Shown piece by piece: positions 1 to 13,682 of a stretch of 64,000 nt of DNA. The first letter of the stretch is position 1; every line of letters starts with the position of its first letter. The notes beneath the pieces were generated by a model. It saw only the letters and a program-made list of their open reading frames with translations. It ran no database searches and had not been told where the DNA came from. The DNA comes from Heteronotia binoei. Its lineage: Eukaryota. Location of the stretch: the NCBI RefSeq assembly GCF_032191835.1, contig NC_083231.1, forward strand, positions 38,006,001 through 38,070,000, written 5' to 3'. A program made the translations under genes and the position numbers.

Positions 1-1073
1 AAGAGACTGCGCCACCAGGAGCTATCCAGGCGAATGGTTTTGAAGCGCTGACCATGGAATCCACCGTGGAGGGCTAACACCACATGCAGCCATCTTCCTA
101 CCAGGCTTGACTCCATTCCAGTGAAGCGGACGGCTCACGTACACACCAGATGTCACCTGTGCCTGCAAGTAACCTACCCACCCCAGGAGTGGTTATTCGT
201 CCAACCTCCACTTTCTTTGTTTGATGGTACTCAAGGCAAAAACTACTGCCAAGGAGAAGACAGAAGAAAAGAAAGACCATCTTCAGTACAAACTGGGTGT
301 TACCTAGGCCATGATTTGACTTTCTATTGTCACCCTTTTAGATAAGTCTGCTAGTCCTAAGTATTTCCTCACCCAAGTAATCTCTCTATTCTTCTTCCCA
401 AATGTCATTTTGGAGCCTCCCCCTGGTCCATTTCAACCTGAAAGTTCACTCAGGTATCCAGGATCCAAGCCAGTCCATTGGTCAAGAGCAAGCACCCAAT
501 TAGGTGCCACCAATGAACTTTCTATTGTTTGTCGCAGTAGTCCAGCCCTTATGGTCACTGCGAAACCTCACCTTTTTGTGAGGTCATGCACCAGCTGACC
601 ACCTTCCTCCTCCCTCGTACCTCCCATCCCCTAAGGGCTCAAGAGGGTCCTTATAATCTGTGGACTAGCTACCCACAGGTGTGCTTCTATCAGTATCCCA
701 ATTTCCGCTGCATAGATCCATCCCCAATTCCTGATCAGTTTCGGGTCCCCTCTCCCACTTCCTCGCTCGTCGCCATTGGAGCCTTCCTTGAAGACTACAA
801 TCGGTAAATATCACCCTGTTTGTCTACCTTTGTGTTCCTCTATCTATTTATATTTCCTAGGACTGTATGAATGATTTATGAATATTGTATCTTGTATGGA
901 AGCCTATATTTTTCTTAATAAATTTTAATTGTTTTACTTAATTACAGTCCCTAATATTTTAAGCATTACTTTTCTGGATGTGGTAATCCTGTATACACAG
1001 GTAAAAGATCCTGAGTGAGCCAGTGCCCACCTGCCAATTCCCCAACCTCGTTTTGAGGGCATTTTGGCTTACA
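1..1073 (+). mobile_element. LTR, copy A (5' part cut by window edge); same family as 56629-57929
   Basis: Collinear with 56874-57929 throughout and ends at the same ...TTGGCTTACA. TATA-like CTTATAA near 650 and AATAAA near 917. No PBS or internal sequence follows. Confidence 0.85.
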
Positions 1074-1266
1074 ATTGATGACACACAGCTATATCTGTTG
1101 ATGGGTGGCTGGTTGACCAGATACTGCTCCTGTAGATTTTGCCAAGGATTTGGAAGCTATGGCTAAAGCAGAGTCAGTTGAGACTGAATCATGCTTTCAG
1201 TTGAGACTGAATTAGGTTCTGTGGCTGGGTGGGAGAGACATAGAACTGGGGTGCTGACCCCCTGTT

Positions 1267-1690
1267 CTTGATGAAACACCAGATCAGGTTCAAGGTTTTG
1301 GTTTTGACCTTGAAGGCCCTTAATGGTCTGGGACCCATATATCTTCAGAACTGCCTCTTCTGATGTATCCCCAGAAAAGCTTTATGCTGACTCCTGGCCC
1401 TTGATGGAGCACCAGATCAGGTTCAAGGTTTTGCTTTTGACCTTTAAGGCCCTTAATGGTCCAGGACTACGTACCTTCAGGATTGCCTTTCTTGGTATAC
1501 CCCCAGAAAAACCTTACACAGGAGATAAGAACCTTCTGGTGGTCCCTGGCCCAAGAGAGATCCAACTGTCCTCAACCAGGACTGCCCTGACCCCTACCTG
1601 GTGGAATTCTCTGCTGAATAACATCTGTGTCCTGCTACCTTTCTGCAGGGCATGTATTGCAGAGATGTTCCACCAGGCATTTGGTTGAGG
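1267..1690 (+). mobile_element. L2-type LINE ORF2 3' fragment with internal ~133-bp tandem duplication
   Basis: Translates EHQIRFKVLLLTFKALNG, resembling the L2 ORF2 C-terminus. The unit starting CTTGATG..CACCAGATCAGGTTCAAGG occurs at 1267 and 1400. Confidence 0.65.
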
Positions 1691-1929
1691 ACAGTGACGG
1701 CTATAACAAAGGCCCTTTTTACATCAAGTTATAACAGTGATGGCTGTAACAAAGGCCCTTTTTACATCAAGTTCTGCTCCAGATTTTGTGAGAAGTTGAT
1801 CCACCCGCTACACATCCATATCACCAAAACTGATTCTGCATTTAAAATATTACTTCACACCTTCCCACGGGAAACAGTTTCTGTGGGTTTTTACTTCTGT
1901 ATTTGCATTGTTTAATGTGCTTCTGAGAT

Positions 1930-2500
1930 CTAGTGTGTGTGACTGAGTGTTAGCATGGTGGGGAGCCCGTGAGAGTCCTTTTTCCCCTGAGCGAGTAGTG
2001 AGCCAGCCAGCACTGTCAGGAAAAGATGTGTGTATATGTGAATGAGGGTAAGAGTGTTAGTGGGGGGAGCCTACATAAGTCCTTTTTCCTCTCAGAAATT
2101 GGCATGCCAGACAGCTCCATCAGGAGAAGATGGAGAGAATAGTAGTGGGGGAAACTGTCTGGAGAAGATGTGTGAGTGTGTGAATGAGTGTGAGAATGTT
2201 AGCAGGGGGGAGCCCGTGTGAGTCATTTCCCACCTCAGAAATTTGCTTGCTAGCCACTGCCATCGGGAAAAGGTGTGTGTGTGTGTGATAGCGGAGGGGA
2301 GCAAGTCCTTTTTCCCATCAGAAATTGGCATGCCAACCAGAGCCATCAGAAGATGCATGTTTGTGTGAATGGCTGGGAGAGTGATAGTGGGGAAGGGGGA
2401 GCCTGTGCAAGTCCTCTTTCCCATCAGAAATAGGCACGCCAGCCAGTGCCATCTGGAGAAGATGAGCGTATGCGTGTGTGTGTGCGCACATGCATGTGAA
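1930..2500. repeat. Degenerate tandem repeat, several ~80-110 bp units
   Basis: Recurring GTGTGTG..AGTGGGGGGAGCC..AAGTCCTTTTTCCC..TCAGAAATTGGCATGCC blocks. Confidence 0.55.
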
Positions 2501-5500
2501 TGAGTTGAAGAGTGGGAGTGCTGGCTACATTGGTCTCAATAAATAAATTGGTCAAACAGTAAAGAGATAGCATATAATTTCATATATAGAAAAATGTCTG
2601 TAATGTGTCAGAAAGTGACTCTCAAATAAAAAAAAACTGCGGAAAGTTGAGAAAATAAACAACAGGAGCTGGAAGGGTGAAAAGACAACAATGAAAAGTG
2701 AGATGGAGCTCTGGGAGGAGTTTGAAAACACAAAGGAAAAGTTCCACAGTTCAGACTTCAATCTGGATCTGGAAAAAGGTCCAGACCAAAACCAGTTTTG
2801 AGAATGCAGATCAACAGCAGGGTAGAGGCAGTGTTGGTACACATTTGCACGAAACAAATGTAGAAGCTAGAAGAAGGTGTGAGGCAAGACAGAACTGAAT
2901 CTGGTAGGTAATGTAGCAGGTTGCTTTGGAATGAGCACAAAGAACACAGCAAATGGCTTAGTCTGGCACTCTCCCTTTTCCATCTCCTCCAGTCTCCCTC
3001 CCCTATGAGGCTGTGGCATCTCCAGCAAACTTTTCACCATCGGATGGGTTGGACTGCATTACATATCTTAGATATATTTTATACTTTAATTCTGGAATTT
3101 TCATTTTAATTATAAATAGTATTGCAATTTTATTGTGCTGTATGCTGCCCTAAACCCTGTTTTTCAGGAAAGGGCAGCCTAAAAGTTTAATTTAATGAAT
3201 GAATGAAGATATGTTTATGCTTCTTTATCCACCTAAAATACAGAAATCTGATACCAGTTAACACTGAACACATATAGATATTTAATTCTCAACATGACTT
3301 CATTGTAGGGAGTCCTATCCAAAGAATATATTTGTAAACAGGCAAGAAAGTTCTTTCTGCAAACCTGAGGAAAGATCCAGGATCTGGAATCTAAAAGTAC
3401 ATTGTGGGGGTTAATCCTCCAACAATATAAGCAGCACCTGTACTTTTAAGAAATTAATGACCTTTGCAATTTCAGTGGCCATTATGAGGATTGCTAGGCA
3501 ATCAACAATATTGCTAGACTTTAAACCTTAGTTCCTGTCAGAAAACGTCAGGAGAGGGTCCTTTCTAATTCCTGTGCTGCCATGGAAGTTTTCTGGATGA
3601 ATTCCTTCTCTCAACCTAATCTTCCTCACTGAGTAATAATACCAGAAGGGCTGGTTGGTAAGTGGTAAGAGAAGGAAGCATTACTGAACAACGGGCTATA
3701 TATGGCCATTTAATATATAATGCAGAGAAAACCCAAATTTGCTATCAAGCGTCCCACCCTGTTTCTCCTCCTCCTTCCTGGCCTTGCAATGCACCTGTGA
3801 GGAAATCGCAACCCACTTTCTAGATCCTCGCCTACAGCTTAAGAACCAGTTGAGTGCTGATGAAATCCCTTTTTGGTCTATTCGTAGGAGCAAATTTTAC
3901 TGAGCAAAATCTGAAACAAACATTTTACATCAAAGACCTGACACTGCTGACCCATTATTAGAATTTCATTTATACACAGTGATGAGGGAAAATAATGGAG
4001 GAACTTGCTAATTACTTTGCTAATTGAAGTTGCCTGATTTAAATGTTTTTTTTTTAAAGATAAAGTTGATTGATTTGTTGTGTTAGAACTCACAGGTTCA
4101 ACAAAGTTGAAAGAAATATTAAAACAAACTGAATTTCTTTTGTGCTTTTGTTTCATCTTGCTTCACTGGACTTAAATAGAACATTGTTGTACTAAAAATT
4201 AAAACAACTTCAGAAAGCAGACCTTACAATGATACCTTCCATACAATTTATATCCCAAAGTTGATTTAAAGGCTGAATAAAATAGCTTGTCATCAATTCT
4301 TTCACAACTTTTAAAAGGATGAGCCATGGTACCTCTGGTCACTTCAATATTTGACACATTTGAGGAGTGGCTTTTATATTCTCAAATGAAGCCTGCTGTT
4401 TTTTCTTCTTCCTACAAAGTTAAGGTGCATTTCGGCCCAACACCACCTAATCAAACTGAACCTTCAACAAATCCTGCACAAAGATGTAGACAAATGGCCT
4501 TAAGTCTTGGTCTGAAATATCTCTTCCTCTGTGTTCTCTTTTTAAACATCCTGCCTGCTGAAGTTGTCAAGAGAACTAAAAACTTTGTACACAGTTTTTA
4601 GAAATTTTGGTAAGTCCTAAGGTTATTTCCTCTTTTTTAAAAAATAAAATAAAAAAGAAGACAGAAACATGGCTTATGCCAGTATGGAATCTGAACTACA
4701 TATACTGAATAAAATAAAGGCTCATGTTTTCACCTGCTGAAGAATATAAATGTTGAGACAATAAACAATGCACTGTATGTTTAGTACTTGATTTTCACTA
4801 AGACACCAACAAAAGTTTGTCAAATCCTTAACTTACCAAATCTAATTTTATCAATTTGTGACCTTAGGAATTGCCAGCAGAAAACTGTATACCTTGAGCA
4901 GACGATCAGGATAAAAGGGAGGGGGGAATCTAGAAATAGACTTAAAACTTTAGCTTCCTATGGTTTAACCTTAAAGACAATAAAAATGCTTAACATCAAG
5001 CAGTTTTCAGAACTCTCCTTGAAAGTTTTTTCCTTTCTCAGTGATTCATGCTACACCCTTTATCTGCTCACACTATGTACCTTTTAATGTTCACACTGTA
5101 AAGTCACTTTCTAATATAGTAAAAGGCGTGTTAACTAATAACTGACATAAAAAAATAAACCAGTTAAAAGAATACATTTCTGTCCTCAGACTATTCATTT
5201 GTAGAACACTGGATAAAATAAATCTGCCAATCATGCCCCCTTACTTGACACAGAATGGAGCACAGAACAGTCAAAGGCATTGTACGAATATTGTTAAAGC
5301 ACCAGCAAAAATAGTTTGTATCCAGGAATATAATTTGAAAGGAATTGGTTTGTTTATGTACTGAAGAGATGTTCACTTTGTTTTTTCTATATGGTTGTAA
5401 AACTATATTTCAATAGTCTACTCATGACCAACTGAACTGAAGATGTTTATCCTACTATTGGGTTGTATCCAAATATATAAATTCGCTGTGAAGCCTGCTG

Positions 5501-6956
5501 TGGAAGCCCAGACACTGTAATTCTGATGCATGTACATCTTTTTTTGCCAAGATCAGGCTGGGGGGAGCCTATTATTTTGCGCTGAAGCAGAAACTCTTCA
5601 AAGTGAACCTGTACTAAATCCATTCTAAGCCCACTACTGATCCTTGTATCATTTTCATTTGGATTCAATTTCTATCACACATTCATAGTGACATCTTAAG
5701 CAGAATTATGTCCTTCTGAGCCCATTTACTTCAACAGGCTTAAAGGGTGTAACTCTCCTTAGGATGGCAGCTTTCCACTGGAAAATATTCAGTAAGAACT
5801 GAGAATTTGGACATATTTAGGATTAAGAGTAAAGGAAGTTGGGTGTCACTGGTGTACAAATGTTTTGAACACCATATCACTATGAATGTCCTTCACTAAG
5901 CTTAATGATATTGAACAGGTCCAGAAAATGGACAGGAAGAACTGTGTCAAGATTTGCAGAAAATGTCCCAAGCAAATTATGCAGTTGCTTAGTATCCACT
6001 CGAAAGTTTGCTAACAAAAATGGTCGTCAGGACCCACATGCATCACAGCATTTCATAATTAACAGTATCAAAACATAAAGGAAATCCAAGAGAATCACTA
6101 AGGTAGAAATTGCTGGCCTATGCTGTAAGTAAAAACACAAATTGATCCAATAAACCAATGTGATGTAGAGGCAGTTGAAACTACAGGATGATTGCTCAGT
6201 CAACAGTCTTCAAACAGAAACAAAGACAGTGAAATCCTAAGCAGAGTTATACCCACTGAATGAAAAATGTGTTTTTCCATCTGTTTTTGATTTTTTTAAA
6301 ATATGTGGGCTGAATAAATGCACATCTGAGGCCATTTGAAGCCTTATTTTCTGGGAGTGACACATAATTCCTACCAGCAAACACCATAGCTTTTGCAGAC
6401 TGGATTTCAACAGACAAAATGTTCTTATGTCCTGTCCATACTCAGTCAGAAACATCTATGTAAGCAGGCAAGATCAAATTAAGTTGATGCAAATAAAACA
6501 GGACAAGTCTATACTCTCAACCGTCTCAAGGCAAGTACAACTATTTGCTTTGTGAACAGCAAATTTAACACCACTGGATGACAGAGGTACATGCAGACTA
6601 TTCCTCACACTGAGGGGATTCAGTGAATTTCCAGAGTACCTAATCTAAAATGTACAGAAAGTGATCAAGTTCACTATAAATACATAATACCTTTCTATTA
6701 CGACCCAATAAAAAAATGCAAACTTTCAAGGTCTCCAGACCTCATTACTTGGCCAAATACAAAGGGCAAGTGAGGGCAGAGATACTGCTGCACCAGAATA
6801 TAAATCTGAATGAACTGGGGTTGGCTGAGCTAGTATCAGTGGGCAGCTTTGGCATTTCGGAAGAGGAAGGGATAATAACTGCTTCCAATGGGAATATAAA
6901 AATCAATAGATAATCATATGTAGACTGAAATACTTATGATCAGGACTTACAGCTAT

Positions 6957-7131
6957 GGATGCCAGCCTCCAGGTAGGTTCTAGGGACTTCCAGAATTACA
7001 GCTCATCTGCAGACAACACAGAGTTTCCCTGAAGAAAATGGATGCTTTGGAGGCTGGGTTCTATGGAGCCTATTCTTCCAAGGCTCCATTTCCAAATCTC
7101 CAGGAGTTCCCCAACCTGGATCTGGCAACCA
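6957..7131. mobile_element. Degenerate hAT-type MITE (TAGGGTTGCCA family)
   Basis: Begins ..GCCAGCCTCCAGG and ends GGATCTGGCAACC, like other family copies in the window. Confidence 0.5.
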
Positions 7132-8474
7132 TACCAGGGATCTCTCACTTGTGGGCAGGGGGTACTTTGCAACCCTATCTGCAACTTCCCCACTCTAAAA
7201 GCAAACAAATCCAATCTAGCAAAGAATTCTGTTGGAATAAAAAACCTGCATACTGTTTTGTGTTATTTTGGTCAGTCTTAATACAACGTATTGTGTGGTT
7301 GCTGCTTGGTTCCCAGCACCAAAGGGAGGGTGTGAAGGAGATCATAGAAGGGTGAACCCTTATTCGTTGTGCCCCATTAACCCATTTTATGGTCCAGGTT
7401 TGAATAACACATGCATAATCTGGCTTGGAATAAAATGGCCACAACTTTATTAGTCACAGCTGTAAGAATCTTTGGCACAGCATGAGGAACCAGATCCTGG
7501 ACTTTGACTGATTTGCCAGCCAATGATCTCCTGCCTACCCCAGCCAGTAGGCTGGGGCCATTAGAACCATGGGGTGATGTCACTGAATCTCACAAGGATG
7601 ACCACCAGTAAGTGATCCCCTCATCACCTGAGTATGAGGGTAGCTGCAGCTGCCGAGAAGGGCACACGGCTTGAATCCTTCATACCAAAATCCCTTAAGG
7701 GAGTCCCCATACTCAGGAAAATGGGCACGCAGGCTGGCTTTCCTGAGAATGGATCCTTCCCCATGCTACTACCATCCTTGTTGTGAAAGGTATGAAAATG
7801 AACTGAAGAATAAACCCTGCGTGCGATCCCCCACTGAGGCAATGTTTCCTCAAAAGTCCACTATGTTTTGAGCAGAAATTCTATCCAGTGAGCAAAAAAA
7901 TCTAGTAGCGTTAAAGTTTGAGCAAGTCTATATTTGGCTATCATGTAAATTAGTTTTTTTAGCAGAGTACTTCCTTCTTGTGAAAATATCGGAATAAATT
8001 CTTTTAAATTATATTAAAACTACATTTTGAGAATAATTTAAACATTATAAGAGAAAACAGACTCAGTTCAAATTTCACCCACTCCTTTCCACAATTGTGG
8101 TAGACCACTCCTCCAGCAAACAGGTCTACCCACCCCTTTCCACTCTATTGGTAGATCTGCCCTGTGTTAAGCCTTAGAAAACATACCAGTACTTGTGCGT
8201 GTGTGTGTGTGGAACTCTTGCAGTCTACTTCATTTGTAAAACAGGGGAGAAATTATCACTCTCAGAACCTGACTAACCTAACAAATAGGAAGTTGTTTAA
8301 ATGTTATCAACCTGTCCAAACATTTATTAAAATATTTATAATCCCACTTTTCTCTTCAAGGCAGCTTATAAATCATACTGAAAAGCATGATAGGGGTGTG
8401 CAAAAAACCCTATTTTCTCTGCCCCAGCTCCATTGTAGACTGTGGGGACCATTATAGCCAATGGCCCTGTAGAT

Positions 8475-8612
8475 CAGGGGTGGCCAACGGTAGCTCTCCA
8501 GATGTTTTTTTTGCCTACAACTCCCATCAGTCCCAGTTATTGGCCATGCTGGCTGGGGCTGATGGGAGTTGTAGGCAAAAACCATCTGGAGAGCTACCGT
8601 TGACCACCCCTG
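8475..8612. mobile_element. 138-bp palindromic hAT MITE
   Basis: TIRs CAGGGGTGGCCAAC / GTTGACCACCCCTG, internal palindrome, flanks CTGTAGAT / CTGTAGGC (6/8 TSD match). Confidence 0.8.
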
Positions 8613-10274
8613 CTGTAGGCTATAATGGAGAATCAATCTAGGGGCTTCGGGGGGGCCTGCTTTTTGATGTAGAGGCACCAAATCTGCAGCATAGCTGCTG
8701 GTTCCTCTCCTCAAAAATCTCTCCAAGTTTCAAAAAGATTGGACCAGGGGGCCCAATTATCTGGGCCCCAGAAGGAGGTGCCCCAATCCCATAGTTTCCA
8801 ATGGAACTTGTGAGCAGAGAGCAGAAAAACATGAGCAGCCTGTTGAAATTTTGTGTGCCAGCATCTCTTAGTGTGGATTAGATGGAACAATTAACAGAGG
8901 TAACAATAAAAAAAGGAAAGGGTGGGTGGACAAAGCCCCATGTGCCAAAGAGGGCAACCTGGGGTGGCACATTCCCTTAAATGGCCCTACTGTCTGCCCC
9001 TGCCCCTATCCCTCTCTGGCTTCTGGGACAGGTCCAACAGTGGGCCAAGGCAGGACCAAGTTTCCCATGCTTGCTGCAGCCTGGTCCCCTCTCCTCAAAA
9101 ATCTCCCCAAGTTTCGAGAAGATTGTCCTGCTGGCAAGTGCTGCCACAGCTGCCATTGCCGTCTTTGCCCCTCCCTCAGCACAGGGCTGCTAGCAGGACC
9201 CCATTAAATCTGGGCCCTGGCTTTTTGAAGTTTGCTTTGGGACAACTTGCAATTTACAAGCACATAGGAAGTGAGTGTTAGCAAAGGCTGTTTATAAAGT
9301 CTTGAAGTTTTTGCTCCTGTAAACAATTGTGGATTCAGGTTATCAGCCTTAAATCAATGTCATACAACAAATTATTCTTGTCTGTGTAAACTTATCTGAA
9401 GTGTATGCAATGTGCAAGCATATTAATGCTTGCCACAATCTGATTTTGCATGAATATTTTAATGTTTTTTTTTCATGATTTGCTTTCCTATATCTAATAT
9501 TTATCTCCTGACCTGTATCTAATGTATGTTTTCAAGCTGATACTCAGTTATGTGTTGACAATAGTCAGTAGTTCATGGAGCATTCAAACACCTTCACATA
9601 GATAAGATGTAAACACATCTGTATTCAGAATTTGTCATGAGTACACCAAGCTTTCACCAGACATCAGCAGACCAATGTTTGCCAGACATAGTGGAAAGAA
9701 AAGCGATGATATTGTGCTTTACAGACACATTAGTGACACGAAAGACACAATAAGCAATTTTCTCAAGTTGAATGGATCACAAATAGATGTTCTAGACAGA
9801 TTCATCAGACTCAGACAAGCAAACAATGCATACATAGCTCCTACAACTCACAGCTGTGACCAGAAGAGCATAAAACATTCCAGTACAAATAGCGCATCTA
9901 TTTTGTGGAGACAAAAATAATTTTGGGTACTAAATACTTTACATTAAATTCATTCCAAAGAAGCAGAGTATTTATTTTAAAATGTATTACAGTGAACAAA
10001 AAATTGCCTCTGATGTAGATCCTTGACTTCAGATTGTCTTTGCCATAGACTCAATGCAAAGCCATGGACCAAACACTGCTAAAGCGCAGGTTGTTCATCC
10101 ATGTGGCATTAACATAGATCTCCACCATTTGAGTGTGAAGATATATTGTGAAGATATAAGGAGAAAAAGCAAAATTCGAATAACGCTATATTATTCATTC
10201 ATCCAGCTCAAGAGTCCATAGTGCAGGCAAAAATCTCCACTGCCAACAGTCCAAGGGCGAGCATATATAATGAC

Positions 10275-10621
10275 TAGGGGTTGCCAGATCTGGGCTGGGA
10301 AATATCTGGAGATTATTATTCTTTGTTTATTTATATTTCACCCATTCCCCCATAGGGGCTCAGAGCAGAGTACATCATAAATAATAAACTTACCGTTAAA
10401 TCACAACAACATAACAATAAAATCAATTACAGTATCAATTGCAGTATTTTTGGAGCATGAGAAGTGCAGAGTTTGGGAAGAGAATTAAATGGGGTATAAT
10501 GCCACAGAGCCATCCACCTTCCAAAGTGGCCATTTTCTCCAGGTGAACTTATCTTTGTTGGCTGGAGATCAATTGTAATCCCAGGAGAACTCCAGCCACC
10601 ACCAGTAGGTTGGCAAAGCTA
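10275..10621. mobile_element. hAT-type MITE (TAGGGTTGCCA family) with an AT-rich LINE-tail-like insert
   Basis: TAGGGGTTGCCAGATC start and TTGGCAAAGCTA end; TTATTTAT-rich insert around 10311-10445. Confidence 0.5.
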
Positions 10622-13207
10622 GTAATGACAAACAGAACCATCTCTTCCCCTTGAAAATCCATTTTGATATGAACATTCTGGTCAGAGAACTTGACTGTTT
10701 AAAAAATGAAAAAGAGAATTTGAAGTAAACACAGAGAACTGGAAGACACAGGTTTACAACCAAACTTTAAAATTTCAGTTTTTAATACAGGGCTCTGCTT
10801 CTTACTGGTTTGTTTACTTACTGTACTTACCAAGAGACACTGAACAAAAACTTAAAAGCAGCCATTACCTTGCACAACATAATAAGCATCTAATAATCTG
10901 AATCAGCTACTGAAAAGAGTAGCTAAAGGAATATATTTGCTTAAATACATGGAACACTGTTATTTGCTATTCTATTATAATGGCTTGGTCCAGTGAGTTT
11001 CCTTTATCTCTTGACTGATAACATTTACTGCCATCAGATTACTAGGCTGGCTGTTTTATTATTAAATGAATGCCTTGAAAGGTTATTTAATGGTCTACTT
11101 CTGTCACATGGATATTTTTTTAACTGCTGATGTCTAGCATCCTGTGTTTTAATAGCTTATGTTTAAATATTTAGGTTTTTAATTATAAGCCACCTTGAGC
11201 AGGACTCTGAAAAAGTGGCATAGAAATATTCTAAATAAATACATTTTATAAGCTATGAGATCACTATGTTTTTTTTCTTTTAGAGTGGTTATAAACAAAC
11301 AAAAACATTTTAAAAATAAGAACAGGACAATGAATCTAATGTATAATGTTGCTCAAAATGTAAAATGTATTGACAATGTTTAAAACCATTTGAAAACACT
11401 GTGATTATGTTACTAAATAATAATGACATGACGGGACAAATTAGTGTACTGCAGATGGCCATATTCCTTTAAATCTGTTGGCAAAATTCATCAAGAAAGC
11501 TGCCTCTCTAATTCCTAGTTGAATGAATGGGATCCCACAAATGAATTCAATCCTAAAAATTTCAAAGTGAAGACTATGAAAGGCATTGTTATTGCTTTAG
11601 TAAGAGTGCCATCATAAGCCCATTTGCATTCTTGTAAGCCCATTGACTTCATTAGACTTAGAATGGTGAACATTGGTAAGGATGGTATTGTAAATAACTT
11701 TCTTTATCTGAAGAGAGACAGTACTATTTCCCTAGGCAAATGGAATTTCTATGCTTAGTTTTAATGGAGCTTTTCCTGAGCAAAGGCAGTCACCGATGCC
11801 TAAATTTGCACTGCTTTTGCAACCTGTTCAGTGTTCCAAAGGAATAAGTTAAGATCAACAACATTCAATACATTTTGTGAACTACTGTAGTCCAAGTGCA
11901 CTCCTGGAAACGATGGGCAGTCATAACACAAGAGGAATTATTTTACTGTCAGTTCTGATCATTCTTGTTCCTCAGCCTTCTGATTCTATCTTCCTAAAAT
12001 CTCTTTGAGAATGTTATATTGTCAGATGATTCATTAAATTAGTTAAAATGACATGTAGACTACTCAAAAGTGATGGTGCCATTTTAAGCCATTTGTAATA
12101 CTTGTCATTTTCACAAAAAAATAGCATTCTTCAGAATACTAATGCTAAATAGATGAGAAGAGTACAAATAAAATAGAGGAAAATGCACAAATTGCAGTTT
12201 AATTTCCCTCCCTTTCTTAAAATGGATGTCAAGTATAAATCAAATTGTGAGGTAAATGCCTGCTCCATTGACAATGTTTAGGAAATGATGACTAATAGCC
12301 AACAAAAAAAAATAATGTACTCATTTTGCCCTTGAACTTGATTTGACTCATTTTCACTAATTTCTGCCATTTAAAATACACAGCCTTTAGTTCTCAGGGG
12401 GGTAAAGCAGCTAAATTCCTCTACATATTTTCTTTCATTGACAACATCAAAACTACATCCTCTTTTCAGGCACACACTCTTAACCTTTTTATGCAAATGC
12501 ACTCATTCACAGTGATTAGGCTGGACATGGCACTAATAATGCCTGAATGTAACTCAGGGAAGCCATTTTAAAAAACTGGAATTCACTACCGAAGTACAAG
12601 CAAAAGTCCTGAAGATATTATATTGAGTGGGTGAGAGTAGCCATGTGCTGTCTAGTCTCTCACAGAGAAGTATGAATCACAAGGCTTCAGTAACATTACA
12701 GCAACTTGTTTATTCAGTCATTTCGAACATAATCTTGCTAGTCCTCAGGTGGTAGTGGGGAATCTCCCATTCTGTGGGTTCCTGCTTGAGGCCTGCCAGC
12801 CGGCAAGTGGAGGAGAAGCCGCACCCCAATAGCCATGACCCATTGTTCCTGATGTGATGATGTCACATGGAAGTTACCATCATGGTAACTATAGTTCAGT
12901 CCAAAATACCACAGCATCACTGTGTGACATCTCCAGCATAATGACATCACTTCCATGTGATGTGATCATATTGAGGACATCCCATATGGTGACACTGTCC
13001 TGCTCCCCTCCCCGAAAACTCCCTCCCAATGCTAGCTGGCGAGCAAGTAAGACCAGGCAACTATCATTACACAGAGAGTCAGTACTCAACAAACTGCACC
13101 TTTAATATACCCTTCTTTTGAATAATTGTCTGTGAACTCATGTCTGAAATAAGGGTGTCCTTTTATTGTCTTTATGTTACATAATATTTGGTATCAAATG
13201 TTCGTCA

Positions 13208-13530
13208 TGAAGAGCCTTCAGATTTCCACGACCCAGGGCTGGGACTGAGGACCACTGCTGGGAGCTGTTTGGTTAGGCTCATCTCTGCAAGTTGTAAGGC
13301 TTTGGTGATGGCTTTCCATGGTGGCAACCAGTTGCCAGGCTGCCGGCCAGGAGCCAGAATTTGGCTTTGGGTCGGGGCTGATTGCTCGCCCAAGGTAGGC
13401 AAGAAGGTTGGTGACATCTGCCTGGTCTTTCTTCTGCACCTGCAAATCCTTCCCACTTTCCTGCTTAGTTATAAAGTTTAATAAAGTGGCCCTTGTTTGA
13501 TTCCAAGATGGTGTCTGTCCCATCATTTCA
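13208..13530 (+). mobile_element. Possible LTR (~320 bp)
   Basis: TG...CA limits, AATAAA near 13480, followed by ACTGGTGG (PBS-like TGG). No clear TSD. Confidence 0.35.
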
Positions 13531-13682
13531 ACTGGTGGGGGCAATCTTTGGCATCATTTCTTGACTACATCTAGAAAACTATTTTCTGCTTCTTTGGTTG
13601 TATTTACACACTCAGATGTCTTTTGTAGTGTGAAAAGTGGTTCCTGAAATTCACACCTGTTTATAGGTGTCCTGTATTGCCT

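Noticed and set aside
11520-11580. WDPTNEFNPKNF, resembling the cytochrome P450 PERF region
   Set aside because: Short; the frame closes without the heme-binding cysteine motif, and no other P450 exons are seen.
13218-13544. 108-aa ORF resembling a Gypsy gag N-terminus
   Set aside because: It is on the wrong (downstream) side of the integrase and is better explained as the antisense of an LTR-like sequence.
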